Shown: in pieces, positions 50,055 through 60,173 of the stretch
How the letters are laid out: each line of letters begins with the position of its first letter
Position numbering within the stretch: the stretch's first letter is position 1
Assembly: GCA_977017575.1 (NCBI GenBank)
Contig: CDRNVI010000089.1
Location: 1 to 64,000, forward strand
Direction of reading: 5' to 3'
DNA from: Paramoeba atlantica
Taxonomy: Eukaryota; Protista; Discosea
DNA: 64,000 nucleotides
Position numbers and translations under genes: made by a program
The notes under the pieces: model-generated
Database searches by the model: none
Told to the model about the DNA's origin: nothing
What the model saw: only the letters and a program-made list of their open reading frames with translations

Positions 50055-52058
50055 TTACTCCAAAGTTAGAGGTGAAGGTTCATCAGAATGTGAATTTTCC
50101 CTAGATCGTTTTGCAGCATGCTTGGGGTGGTAAGATGTAACATCATCACTGTTTTTGCTTTGTTCTACAAGCGTAGAGTTATGAGAATGAAAGTTAGAAT
50201 TCGGTACACGCGATGCATTCGCTTGAGCATCATTGTGTACAAGTAAGTCAAACATACGATCGTTCTCAAGACGATCGGCGTGAAATAAAGCAAGTTTCCA
50301 CTGCAAATCTTGATTTGTATCCGTGATAGTAAGCTCTAAGTTCTTGGGAACAATCTGATCTCCAACAATGTTTGAATTACCATCATTGGGCAATCTACTT
50401 GGCTGAGAAGACTTTGGAAATGTCCAATGACTCCAGTGAACATTGACAAGAGATTCGAACTCGCCCGATTCATATAATGTAGAAGAACCTAAATCGATGC
50501 AGATGTCTGAGAGGCCCATCTCACCTTGGAGAACGTTACGTACTACGCTACCTAGCGTCGTCTCACACGTGTTAATATAAAGAGATGCGTATCCTCGATG
50601 AGAAGAGCAAGTGAGGCAGTGGGGTACGGGAAGACCAGTAGGGTGGCTATGCATTAGATACGATTCGTGACAACAGCGATTTTTCCGACCCGGTTCCAAA
50701 TGAAGATTAGGAATCCAAGAGAATTTTCTTCGGCGAATCAAAGGAAATTGACGAAGGTGAACAAAACAGGGATCTTGTGCCAAAGTCATATTTAAATATC
50801 GAAGCGCTTGTGTGACAACCATAGCTCCGACAATTGCGTTAGATGTTGCTACTGCAGGAACAATATTACCTGCTATAGCCTGAATGCGAGAAATACTTTC
50901 GAGCTCAATACGAAAGATATAAGCTCGAAGGTTAGATACGGAGTAAACAAAGTCTAAAGCTACGGGATCGTCTTTATCAAATGCGAAAGGACCATCCCGT
51001 TTCTGGAGGTTGCGAAAGGCACTTAGGAATTGAGATCCTAATGTATGAACGACAGATTCAGTGTTCTCTTTCAGATCCACTGGACGAGGAACACCTCTTG
51101 GAAACGAAGAAGATTTTGTAGCCAATTCGCGAATCTTTTTATTATGAATAAAACCAAAAAGTAAATCTGCGTCCGCTCGAGTATTTGAATCAATCTCCAA
51201 GTCGCTTTCTCCAAAACCTGATGCTCCAAACAACCGTGCAAACAGCTCCTTAGCGTAATGTACACAATGTGTCATGGTAGTGGGACGTGCGTGTATGGTG
51301 CAAACAGCGAAAGAGGGAATACCTGAAGGCTTGGGATGACAATCATAGCACTCTGTGTGCCTAAATTGTATGGGCTGTACTTGCCCGTTGAAACCCATGG
51401 TGCCGCTCTCTACGAGAGGAACACCCGAACGAAAACACATACGGTTGACATGCTTGCGAGCAGCGACATTATCAAGACCACAACAAACGACGTCGAAAGC
51501 TTCAAAAAAAGATTTTGAAAACTTACTAGTGTCGGTAATATTACCAACATGGGCGATAATAGATACGGAAGGAAATGATTCTTTTGATTGTGTATATTGG
51601 AACGCATTGTATCCATCGGAAAGTACTTGGGATGCAACCTCACTCTTGGATTTGCCGACATCGTCCAAAGTAAATAAAAACTGACGGTTAAGATTGGACG
51701 CATCAATTGTGTCCATGTCAACCACCTCGATGTTACGGATGCCACAAAGAAGAAGCGTCTTAAGTAGCTCACACCCAATGCCTCCAGCACCAACTACGAG
51801 AACTCGAGGAACACGCTTGGTACTACCCTCCGAATGTAATTCGTCATTTTCATTTTCGGAATGCTCAATCTTGGATGAGCTAGGCATAGCCCAGTGCAAT
51901 CGCTTGCCCCAGAGTTCCCGTGGTACTTGATAGCAAGAGGAAGCGTCAACTGTGAATTCAAAAAAAGAATTGCTTTGATCTGAAAATTCCATTCGAAAGG
52001 GGAGAGAGGAAATCTCTTGAGCGCTTGGGCGCACACCAAAAATGATTGCTCGGCGCAT
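50055..52058 (-). CDS. UBA2: SUMO-activating enzyme subunit 2 (UBA2-like E1)
   Basis: VLVVGAGGIGCELLK, DTIDASNLNRQFLF, CYDC, catalytic AVCTIHARP and IAGNIVPAVATSNAI; true start may be downstream. Confidence 0.88.
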   Translation of the reverse strand: MRRAIIFGVRPSAQEISSLPFRMEFSDQSNSFFEFTVDASSCYQVPRELWGKRLHWAMPSSSKIEHSENENDELHSEGSTKRVPRVLVVGAGGIGCELLKTLLLCGIRNIEVVDMDTIDASNLNRQFLFTLDDVGKSKSEVASQVLSDGYNAFQYTQSKESFPSVSIIAHVGNITDTSKFSKSFFEAFDVVCCGLDNVAARKHVNRMCFRSGVPLVESGTMGFNGQVQPIQFRHTECYDCHPKPSGIPSFAVCTIHARPTTMTHCVHYAKELFARLFGASGFGESDLEIDSNTRADADLLFGFIHNKKIRELATKSSSFPRGVPRPVDLKENTESVVHTLGSQFLSAFRNLQKRDGPFAFDKDDPVALDFVYSVSNLRAYIFRIELESISRIQAIAGNIVPAVATSNAIVGAMVVTQALRYLNMTLAQDPCFVHLRQFPLIRRRKFSWIPNLHLEPGRKNRCCHESYLMHSHPTGLPVPHCLTCSSHRGYASLYINTCETTLGSVVRNVLQGEMGLSDICIDLGSSTLYESGEFESLVNVHWSHWTFPKSSQPSRLPNDGNSNIVGDQIVPKNLELTITDTNQDLQWKLALFHADRLENDRMFDLLVHNDAQANASRVPNSNFHSHNSTLVEQSKNSDDVTSYHPKHAAKRSRENSHSDEPSPLTLE

Positions 52059-52312
52059 ACGTAAAAGAAAAAAAGACCAAAGAACGAATAAGATCCAGAA
52101 AAAAAAGTTACTCTAATATGAAGGTTCTTAGGTGATAATAAATCTTTAAATACTTAAGTAACATTTTCGAAAACACAACCAACGAAAAAAGATTGAGGCA
52201 TTCATGTAAATTCGTTATAAAACACCATCTACGTTAACTGTAATCAAGGTCAACAGAAACCCGAAAATCTCCCATCCACCTTGTCATCGTCCCAAAAGTA
52301 AGCTCGAATTCA

Positions 52313-53521
52313 CTATCTTTTCGCCGCGTTATACTTATTCACGTACTTGGGAGAGAGGGCCTTGACCACCACCCCTCCCACACGGGACGGGGAATAGTGC
52401 TGAGCCCCTCGGGTCCAGTCATAACTGAGCGCAAACCCAAGAAGCGTCCCACTTGTGTTCAGTTGCGCGCAAGAGATAGGTAGGTACCCGAGACGGAAGC
52501 AGGAGCACTCTTTGCGCTCTTCCACATCCCAACATTTCACAACCCCGTCCGACCCTGCGGTGAGCAGCGTACCCAGTGGGTGGTACTGTACACTATTCAC
52601 CGGATAAACCCCCTCCCCACGACCCGGATCCGCGTGGGCTCTAAAACTAAACGTTTTCTTCTCCTGGGAGGGGTCGATAAACTTCACCATAACCCTCCCA
52701 TCCACACTCCCCGCCGCAACCGCCTCCCCATCCCGAGACAACGCCACACACCGCATCTGGTGACGCACCGCCGTGTACGGTTCCAGCTCCGCCGCAATCC
52801 CCATCGACACCATGTTATACAGCAACACCCGGCGCGCACACAGAATCGCCGCTTTCGGGGCCAACGAGAAGTCCATCCCGTGGATGGGACCCGGGCAGCG
52901 CACCTCCGCGGTGGGACGCGACTGCCGGGTGTCCCAGAACCGCACAAGGGCGTCCCACCCCGCGGTGACGAGAAGCCCGACCTGGGGGATCCAGGCCAGG
53001 CTGCGGACCGGGGCGTCGTGCTGGGCCACCACCGTAGGGGTACAGTCAGGGGCCCCCAAGTTGTACTGGTGGACGTAGTGACTGCAGCCGCCGAGGTAGA
53101 GATGGCCCGCGGGGGTGAGGGTGGAGCACAGCAGAGGGGAGGGGGAGGGGGAGGGGGAGGGTGTAGGGGGGGGCGTGGTAGCGCCGAGTGTGGATGAGAC
53201 GGTGGAGGGGAGAGAGGAGGGGACGGAGGGGGAGGAGGAGAGCGGCGTGGAGAGGAGTTCAGTGTTGCTGGGGGAGGAGCCTGTGGGGGTGGGAAGTTCC
53301 CATAGTGGGGAGGGGGTAAGGGAGGTGACGACACCGAGGGAATTGGTTGTGGTGGAGAGACTCCATACGGAGGCGGAACCGTCCCAGGTGGTGTAGGCCA
53401 TGACGGAGGGCATCCCGGGTGGTTCCGCGAAGCAAAGGCTGGAGACCATGGAGCCACCGGTGGTGGTAATTAGAAAGTCGTCGCTTTGGGTAGCTGGAGC
53501 GCTCGAAGCGTCGGTTGACAT
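52313..53521 (-). CDS. RAE1: WD40 mRNA export factor Rae1/Gle2-like, with Ser/Pro/Thr-rich insertion
   Basis: TTWDG, VAQHDAPVR, TAGWDALVRFWDTR, GSVDGRV, FSFRAH, TAGSDG, and FALSYDWTRG; probable start MSTDAS at 53521. Confidence 0.82.
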   Translation of the reverse strand: MSTDASSAPATQSDDFLITTTGGSMVSSLCFAEPPGMPSVMAYTTWDGSASVWSLSTTTNSLGVVTSLTPSPLWELPTPTGSSPSNTELLSTPLSSSPSVPSSLPSTVSSTLGATTPPPTPSPSPSPSPLLCSTLTPAGHLYLGGCSHYVHQYNLGAPDCTPTVVAQHDAPVRSLAWIPQVGLLVTAGWDALVRFWDTRQSRPTAEVRCPGPIHGMDFSLAPKAAILCARRVLLYNMVSMGIAAELEPYTAVRHQMRCVALSRDGEAVAAGSVDGRVMVKFIDPSQEKKTFSFRAHADPGRGEGVYPVNSVQYHPLGTLLTAGSDGVVKCWDVEERKECSCFRLGYLPISCAQLNTSGTLLGFALSYDWTRGAQHYSPSRVGGVVVKALSPKYVNKYNAAKR

Positions 53522-54493
53522 TGGTGAAGTAAGGACAAGCACAAAAAAACTATATTTGAAGGTCATTTTTGCGTTACAGTGAAAAGATGCCATGGTATGT
53601 AAGATTCTATGTACATGTATGTACGTACACGAATACTGAACTGTTCGTTGATTTTTCATACGCTAATAATGAAGAATAATGCCACACTATGCCCTTAGCC
53701 GCTCAAAATGAGTGGATTACATGGGGGTCTGAATTCGCCAGAGATGAACGGGGGAGGAGAGCTCGCGTCGCAAGTTGACGAAGATCTTCTCTGTTAATGA
53801 GATTTACAAGATTTTTGAATGTACAGCCCATTAGGCGCACCTCGGAGCCCCAGAACACATGCAGAGAACATTCAAAAAGAACAATTGCGAGTCGCGCAAC
53901 TCGATTCACAGGTGTTCTGAAGCTCTAAAGTCAGGTCAAATAGGAATGAGCAAGCATACCACAAGGTTAAGCCATTCCTTGGTCGACAGCATGCGTAGGC
54001 GCATATAGACATCAATCAAGGCACAAGAAAGAGTTACGCTAGTATTCATTTGAAGGTACATACTTCGTTTTTATGCATCAGTAAATTGTGTTTTTCGCCT
54101 AAAAAATCTTACCTCGAAATTGCAAAAAACTGTTCACATGTTTTTCTTTACTTGCATACGATCACACTTTTGTTACAAAGCCGATTGAGTCGGAAGCTCT
54201 ATGGCAACATATACCTAGTACCCACGCGTACACTACTCTGATATACTACTTCAATGCACACGACACCTGGCCACAGGGAAATACCAACAACAAAAAAGTG
54301 TCAAACATGTGAACAGTTTTTTTGCATACTGTATATCCTTTCAGTGACTATCGTCCACGCAACAATTAGGAAATAACGTTACTTAGTGCGGAATATATTG
54401 AAGAACTAATTATTGCATTAATTTGCGTTGGTATACTCTACGTGTCGGTTGAGGCAATCGAGGTGCTATCGTCTCTATCACAAATAGAGATGA

Positions 54494-54802
54494 TTAAAAA
54501 TCGATACATCTTCCATTCTTCTCCCAATCTCCGTAGCGTGTGGGACTATGTTTAGCCTCGATATCTTCTCGTACAACCCACTCTGGGTCGGTTACTCCGC
54601 GCTTTTTGTTAAAGTAGCTCTCTGGAGAATGTGTTGAGATTGCCAACCGTTGCACTTCTTCGTCTGTTAGTAAAGATGGTTTCCAAGTTTTTTCGCTTTG
54701 TCCTAAGGTCCTGAGGCGGTGCGCTAAGTATTTTGAGTCGTGAATAACGCTCAAAGGAACGCCACCTTCCACCCCAACCTGAAGAACACGAGAACGCAAC
54801 AT
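54494..54802 (-). CDS. SDHAF4: Succinate dehydrogenase assembly factor 4 / Sdh8 (DUF1674)
   Basis: C-terminal signature PTRYGDWEKNGRCIDF; presequence-like N-terminus. Confidence 0.85.
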   Translation of the reverse strand: MLRSRVLQVGVEGGVPLSVIHDSKYLAHRLRTLGQSEKTWKPSLLTDEEVQRLAISTHSPESYFNKKRGVTDPEWVVREDIEAKHSPTRYGDWEKNGRCIDF

Positions 54803-55141
54803 AAAGTGAGATAAATTATACCAAGAGTACGGTTTAATAGGTAAAAAAACCTAGATACATGCTCATACACGTATAAGCACACATAAATGTTTACACGGAT
54901 TAATCATGAACTAAAATTGAGCAAGTTTTCCATCAACCAATAAAAAAAAAGCGTATAAGCATTTCGTTAGCGTTTCCTTCATTTTTCTATGCTATAAAAT
55001 GTGTGTTTCAAATTCCATGATTTCCAGTGGATCAGATTCTATTTCTACGTATGCACAAGAACAAAAAGATTTAATATACGAAATAACAAGAACACTGGAA
55101 ATACACACGACTGAGGCGTAACTTCAAACACAAACGAAAGC

Positions 55142-55504
55142 TCATCTATTTTTACGATCAGAAGTGACTTTAGAGGATTTTTGCTGTTCGCAAAAATGAC
55201 GAAAAGACTTCCAGAGTGCTGTAAAGATACCCAAAGGAGACCCCAAATGTGACCCTCTATCAGACCGCACAGGCTTTTGTGAATGAATATGACCCGCCGA
55301 AAGTGATTCTTCAAGCGGATAATGAGAACTGTGTTTCCTTGTACGAGAAGTTCTCAAAATGCGGAGACCTCGTTTCACGAAGCGCTCATGCTTATTTTTC
55401 AGGTGCGCGAATTCATTCCTTTGCTCTCTTGTAAGTTCCTGAGTTGGGATAGAACAAAAGCGCTGATAACGTAAGTCATCCTCTCTAGTATATGGATCAG
55501 TCAT
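55142..55504 (-). CDS. Hypothetical protein, 120 aa
   Basis: ATG-started ORF on the cluster strand between two genes; no recognised motif. Confidence 0.4.
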   Translation of the reverse strand: MTDPYTREDDLRYQRFCSIPTQELTREQRNEFAHLKNKHERFVKRGLRILRTSRTRKHSSHYPLEESLSAGHIHSQKPVRSDRGSHLGSPLGIFTALWKSFRHFCEQQKSSKVTSDRKNR

Positions 55505-55946
55505 CTAAACACAGTGCAGAAAACTAAGCTTCTAAAAAAGAGTTTGTGTGTTTATAAAAGTTTATAAGATGTAATTATGGATAAAAACGTAAGAATATGT
55601 TTTGTTTATATCGTATGTAACGTATATTTCTGTTTATATGAAATGCGCTACACAATCTAGTTATGTATACACGAATGCGTACATAAATATAAATGAGTAC
55701 GCAACACGAAAGGAAGGTAATATTCAGAAATTTCAGTTGAAAAAATATGCAAAATCAGTACTAGGTTACTTCACAAAAAAATCCAAGGAAAACTTAAAAT
55801 ATGTGGTTCATGCATTTACCTGTTTATACATAGTGTATAAAAAATGCTGTGCGTGAGTGAAACAAATAAATAATGAATGTGGACAGATAGTATATAAGAT
55901 TACGTTCACATAAAACCTTAAAAACATGGCCACAGTTTCAAATCGC

Positions 55947-56309
55947 TCACCACCATGCCCAGCGTTGCATAGCTTGGTCATATTTATACGCACCATAGTA
56001 TACCAAAAAAAGAGGACCACATCCAGGAAGAAACATTAATGCATAGTGTTTTGAAAAATTTGTAAGCCAAAGTCCGATACGACCAGGCCATCCTGACCAA
56101 ACACGCATTTCCATATAATCTGTGGTTCGACTTTCATAACCTGCAAGTTCCGTTCCTGGGGCGCACATTCGCTTGTGAACTCGGCTCTCTGTGGTTTCAT
56201 ATTCAAGTCGACGTTTTTGAGTAGTTCTTCCCCAGCCCGCAAGAGTAGGTCCTGGGTACTGAGGACCTTTATTCATCTGAAAACGGCCAAGAAACGTTCG
56301 ACGAAGCAT
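55947..56309 (-). CDS. Small mitochondrial-type single-TM protein (possibly a respiratory complex accessory subunit)
   Basis: MLRRTFLGRF presequence-like start; TM ALMFLPGCGPLFLVYYGAY near the C-terminus. Confidence 0.6.
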   Translation of the reverse strand: MLRRTFLGRFQMNKGPQYPGPTLAGWGRTTQKRRLEYETTESRVHKRMCAPGTELAGYESRTTDYMEMRVWSGWPGRIGLWLTNFSKHYALMFLPGCGPLFLVYYGAYKYDQAMQRWAWW

Positions 56310-56768
56310 TAACTAAAGAAATATGAATGGCAAAGTAGAAAATGCTAGAAGCAAGAATTGTACATATCTATAAGTAGAGGTACAGAACCGTAAAAAACTT
56401 TTCGAGCGACGTTCTTGAATAAAGCTTCATACGAAGTTTGATATTGTGAAATCTACAATGTATAATCAACTAAAGGAGTGTAGAAGAAAACGAACTTTAT
56501 TCATAGTAATAACTTTTAAAGACTACAGGTACGAAGTGCAACGTAAAAATAAGTTCCGAATAAAAAAACAGACTTGCTCTGTTGTGATATCCCAAAATAT
56601 TTGTAATCCGCAATATTGTTTAAAGTCATATGAGAAATACGAAAAGTATTTTCTAAGGTACGAAACATTGAAATCCTACAAAAGCTGTAAAATGCAACAA
56701 AGATGTGTGGATAATAAAAAACCACACTACAATATCGTTTGAACAGAGATGTGGTCTAGAGATCATCA

Positions 56769-59700
56769 TCACCGACTCGGACCTTTATTCTTACCTGATC
56801 TAACACTCCGATCCTTCTCCCGAGACCGCTTTTTCGCTCGCCGGGAGTCATCTGACTCATTCCCACGTTGTCTATCCTCCGAAGCTGCTCTGCGCTCCAA
56901 GTCGTCCCAATCCATCCCCTCCTCACTGTCTTCCGTAGCCTCAGAGGAAGGCTCATATTCCGAACTTTCCTCACTCACTAATTTGGAATCAATGCTGTCG
57001 TCTGAGGTATCGCTGTCATCTTCGCTGTAAACGTACTCGGAGTCGCTGTCCATACCCTCGTCGCTATCGTCGTCACTTCCGTCCCCATCATCATTTAAAA
57101 TGTAATCCCATCCTTCATGGCCCCAAGGATCCCATTCTGGATCGTCCTTAATATCACCCAGAATTGATTTCCACATAAGATTGACTCCCATCTCGTAGTA
57201 CTTCACTTTTGCCTCGTTTAACCAATCTTTTACTTTGTCAAGGAGTTTGAATTCAATGTTATTAATCGTCACAGTAGTGTAATTGTTGCGAATAAAAGTC
57301 ACGTCAAAACTTCGCTTCATATCTGTAACGCGTTCGAATACGGCAATTTGAACGTCCTGCATGACTTGTACAAAAACGGGGGCTTCACAAAGGCTAAATA
57401 GGGTGCGTTCCGAGCCTTTGAATTTTACCATAGCCTTGTCATGCGTGCCAAAGAAGTGAAATTTACGTAAAGGTGTCTCGACGCGCCGTTGCAGTGCAGT
57501 TTCTAGCTTTTTTGAAAAATGAAGAAACTCAGAATTTAGACGAGATATGCGCTGTCGTTCGTGCTCTTCCTGTTCAACTTCATCTTCCCATCGAGTGTGT
57601 CCATAATGTGCGACATCACTTTCATCCGAGACATCCAAATAAAACTGGACGTCCACCGTCTTGCGTTTTCCGACTTGTATTGGCTGCTTCAAATGAAAAT
57701 GAAGAAGAACTTTGGGATCATTTTCAGAGGGCTGGAAAATGCATGTTTTTACATTGTTAAACAAAATAATAAGAGGGTTCGAGTCACGTTGAACATAGCG
57801 AGTACCGTTTACATGTACCTCCAAGTGGCCAGCTATGGGAACCCCAGTGCTCCGTCCGGTAGATGAAACACGAGGATTCGGGTAGCATTTCACATCTTTG
57901 AGAATTTTGTCAAGTGTGCGAGACATTACTAGACCCTGCTGATCAATAACGTCGCCTTGAGCTTTACGGGCCGTCTCACGTTGCTTAATTAACGTTTGAA
58001 TAGTCTTAATTTCTCGTGCAATGTTGCCAGCTTCAACTCCTTTTTTAATTCGGTATGAAATTTCGCGCAAGAAAGTAGAGTTCTTATTGCACCTATATGC
58101 GGCATTGGTATCTTGAAGGGCATGAAATTGCAGGCGAAGCAGTGTGAAATCTGAACCTTCTGCTTTCGACTCGACTGTTCGTATCATTGATAAATGAATG
58201 GGAGTCAAAGTATGCGGATTTATGAGACCTGGCAAAAGAATCAGTTCTCGATTTTGATCAATATGAATTCCACAACCATAACGAGAAGCGAACGAAGAAA
58301 GATATGATTCATTGGCATTGGTAAGAGGTTTCAAATCACCCTTCGCCAATTTTGCAATCTCCGTAAAATCCTTTTCTTCCTTTTTCACTTGTTGACCCTG
58401 TTGTTCTTCCGCGTCACGGCGCCGTTGTTCCATTATCTTCCGTTGCTGTTCCTTCCGCAAGGTTTCCTGTTGCAATGCTGCACCACTATTGCGGCCGGCG
58501 TTTCGAAGCCTTAGAGAAATTCCTTCTGGGGCTGGCTCCTCTCCAGCCTCACTTTCGGAAGAACTGTCGTCTCCTATTTGGCGCACAACATCACGAAGAT
58601 CCGATGGTGCACGTTGTGTTAGGACCTCCACTGAATCCTCTTCCGCTCGAACGTGTACCATATCAGCTAGTAGAAGAGAAAATTTCCTTCCTTCATTCAC
58701 AACGTCTTCAAGTACTAGCCGAATGGCGAACGTCATTCCGCTTTCTAAAATACGAGAATTACGTTCGGTCAGTGCCATACTTGACGCCATAATTTCAAGG
58801 CCAATACCAAATCCGAAGGACCGGCCTAAATAGGAATGTAGATTAGGATAAGCATCTACATACCATGTCCGGGTTTTGCTGTAAATGTTTTTTACCGTCT
58901 CTCCGACGCGCATCGCATTCGTAAGCCAATCCATTAGTGCCAGCAGGCTCGAATATGCATCCTGATGTGCCTTGGTGGTGTTGTACAAAAAGCTACGAGC
59001 TATGTAACCAACGTAACCCATGTAGCGAACTCCGTACGCTGAAATAATAATACCAGGTGCTATGGGCTTGTCTGAAATAGGATCATCGTATATCAATTTT
59101 AGAGGTCCGCCACCTCCCTTAATAACCGCAGGCTCAATGGCAATGCCATAGTTTTTTGCCATTAAGCTTTCAAGACCAGAAATTTTATTAGGATGTCGAA
59201 TACAGTCTTCAATCTGAAGTGCGAACTCACTCATAGGTATTTCAACGTCATTGGACAAAATTTCATCTAAACGGGGGAAAATCATGGATTTAGTAATGAC
59301 AGAGGCAAACGATCCTGCTTTTCTCATAGCATCCACAGCTTTGGTGTCTTTTCGAACAAGAACTTCGCTTACTTTGGCGGCTACATCTTCGATTGTTACG
59401 GTTACTTCGATAGCGTCAGAATTCTGGACTTCCTGTGCTTTCAAATGATGGTTCACAAATTGTGAAAAAGCAAGAGCAAGATATCCTTCTTGATAAGTTA
59501 GCTCCTTTTTGATGTATCCTACTTTGGAAAATTTAGACAATGTAGTTTCAAGCGTAGGGGAAGCATCAGAATCCGAAACAGGTTGCCAATGTACATTCGG
59601 AGTAGGGTTGCCATCATCCATAAGAAAATAGTCCTTGTGAAGGTCCATCGTATCCGTTTCAGACTCGGAAAAAAGATACATTTCTGTTGAAGAAAGGACA

Positions 59701-59897
59701 ATTAGTGTTCGCTGCGCAGCGCTTCCTAGAAAATGCGTATTTAAAGCAACGGATTTCTGATTTTCGGGACTGTCCGAAGATAGAGCGCCAACACAAATGC
59801 AGATGCAAACATCAAGGCTTTCGCTATCAAGACCCAAAAAAGGGCGAGATTTCGAAATGCGTGATAAGAAAAGCTCTCGATTGCTTTCAGTCGCCAT
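56769..59897 (-). CDS. SPT16: FACT complex subunit SPT16
   Basis: 1042 aa; peptidase-like NTD (SFGFGIGLE), GHLEVHVNGTRY, LLHFHLKQPIQVGKRKTVDVQFY, acidic tail ending WDDLERRA. Confidence 0.95.
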   Translation of the reverse strand: MATESNRELFLSRISKSRPFLGLDSESLDVCICICVGALSSDSPENQKSVALNTHFLGSAAQRTLIVLSSTEMYLFSESETDTMDLHKDYFLMDDGNPTPNVHWQPVSDSDASPTLETTLSKFSKVGYIKKELTYQEGYLALAFSQFVNHHLKAQEVQNSDAIEVTVTIEDVAAKVSEVLVRKDTKAVDAMRKAGSFASVITKSMIFPRLDEILSNDVEIPMSEFALQIEDCIRHPNKISGLESLMAKNYGIAIEPAVIKGGGGPLKLIYDDPISDKPIAPGIIISAYGVRYMGYVGYIARSFLYNTTKAHQDAYSSLLALMDWLTNAMRVGETVKNIYSKTRTWYVDAYPNLHSYLGRSFGFGIGLEIMASSMALTERNSRILESGMTFAIRLVLEDVVNEGRKFSLLLADMVHVRAEEDSVEVLTQRAPSDLRDVVRQIGDDSSSESEAGEEPAPEGISLRLRNAGRNSGAALQQETLRKEQQRKIMEQRRRDAEEQQGQQVKKEEKDFTEIAKLAKGDLKPLTNANESYLSSFASRYGCGIHIDQNRELILLPGLINPHTLTPIHLSMIRTVESKAEGSDFTLLRLQFHALQDTNAAYRCNKNSTFLREISYRIKKGVEAGNIAREIKTIQTLIKQRETARKAQGDVIDQQGLVMSRTLDKILKDVKCYPNPRVSSTGRSTGVPIAGHLEVHVNGTRYVQRDSNPLIILFNNVKTCIFQPSENDPKVLLHFHLKQPIQVGKRKTVDVQFYLDVSDESDVAHYGHTRWEDEVEQEEHERQRISRLNSEFLHFSKKLETALQRRVETPLRKFHFFGTHDKAMVKFKGSERTLFSLCEAPVFVQVMQDVQIAVFERVTDMKRSFDVTFIRNNYTTVTINNIEFKLLDKVKDWLNEAKVKYYEMGVNLMWKSILGDIKDDPEWDPWGHEGWDYILNDDGDGSDDDSDEGMDSDSEYVYSEDDSDTSDDSIDSKLVSEESSEYEPSSEATEDSEEGMDWDDLERRAASEDRQRGNESDDSRRAKKRSREKDRSVRSGKNKGPSR

Positions 59898-60173
59898 AAA
59901 AAAGATGTATCAAAAGGCTATCGAAATTCACAATGCGTGTAAGCTTAGAAATAAACTAATTAAACACGGACTGACAATTATGAATGCGCCTTTTGAAATC
60001 CATCATAAAAGGGAAGTGAAATCAAACGGTTTTCTCGGAAAATAATAGGAAAGTATTCGTGATGCGTCTTCTAATAATATCGCGAAAATATTTTGCGAAA
60101 GAATGCGCAACAATGTCATGCCGTTTGAAAAGTACTGAAGTCAATATTTAAACTTGCCTAACTTATACTACTG

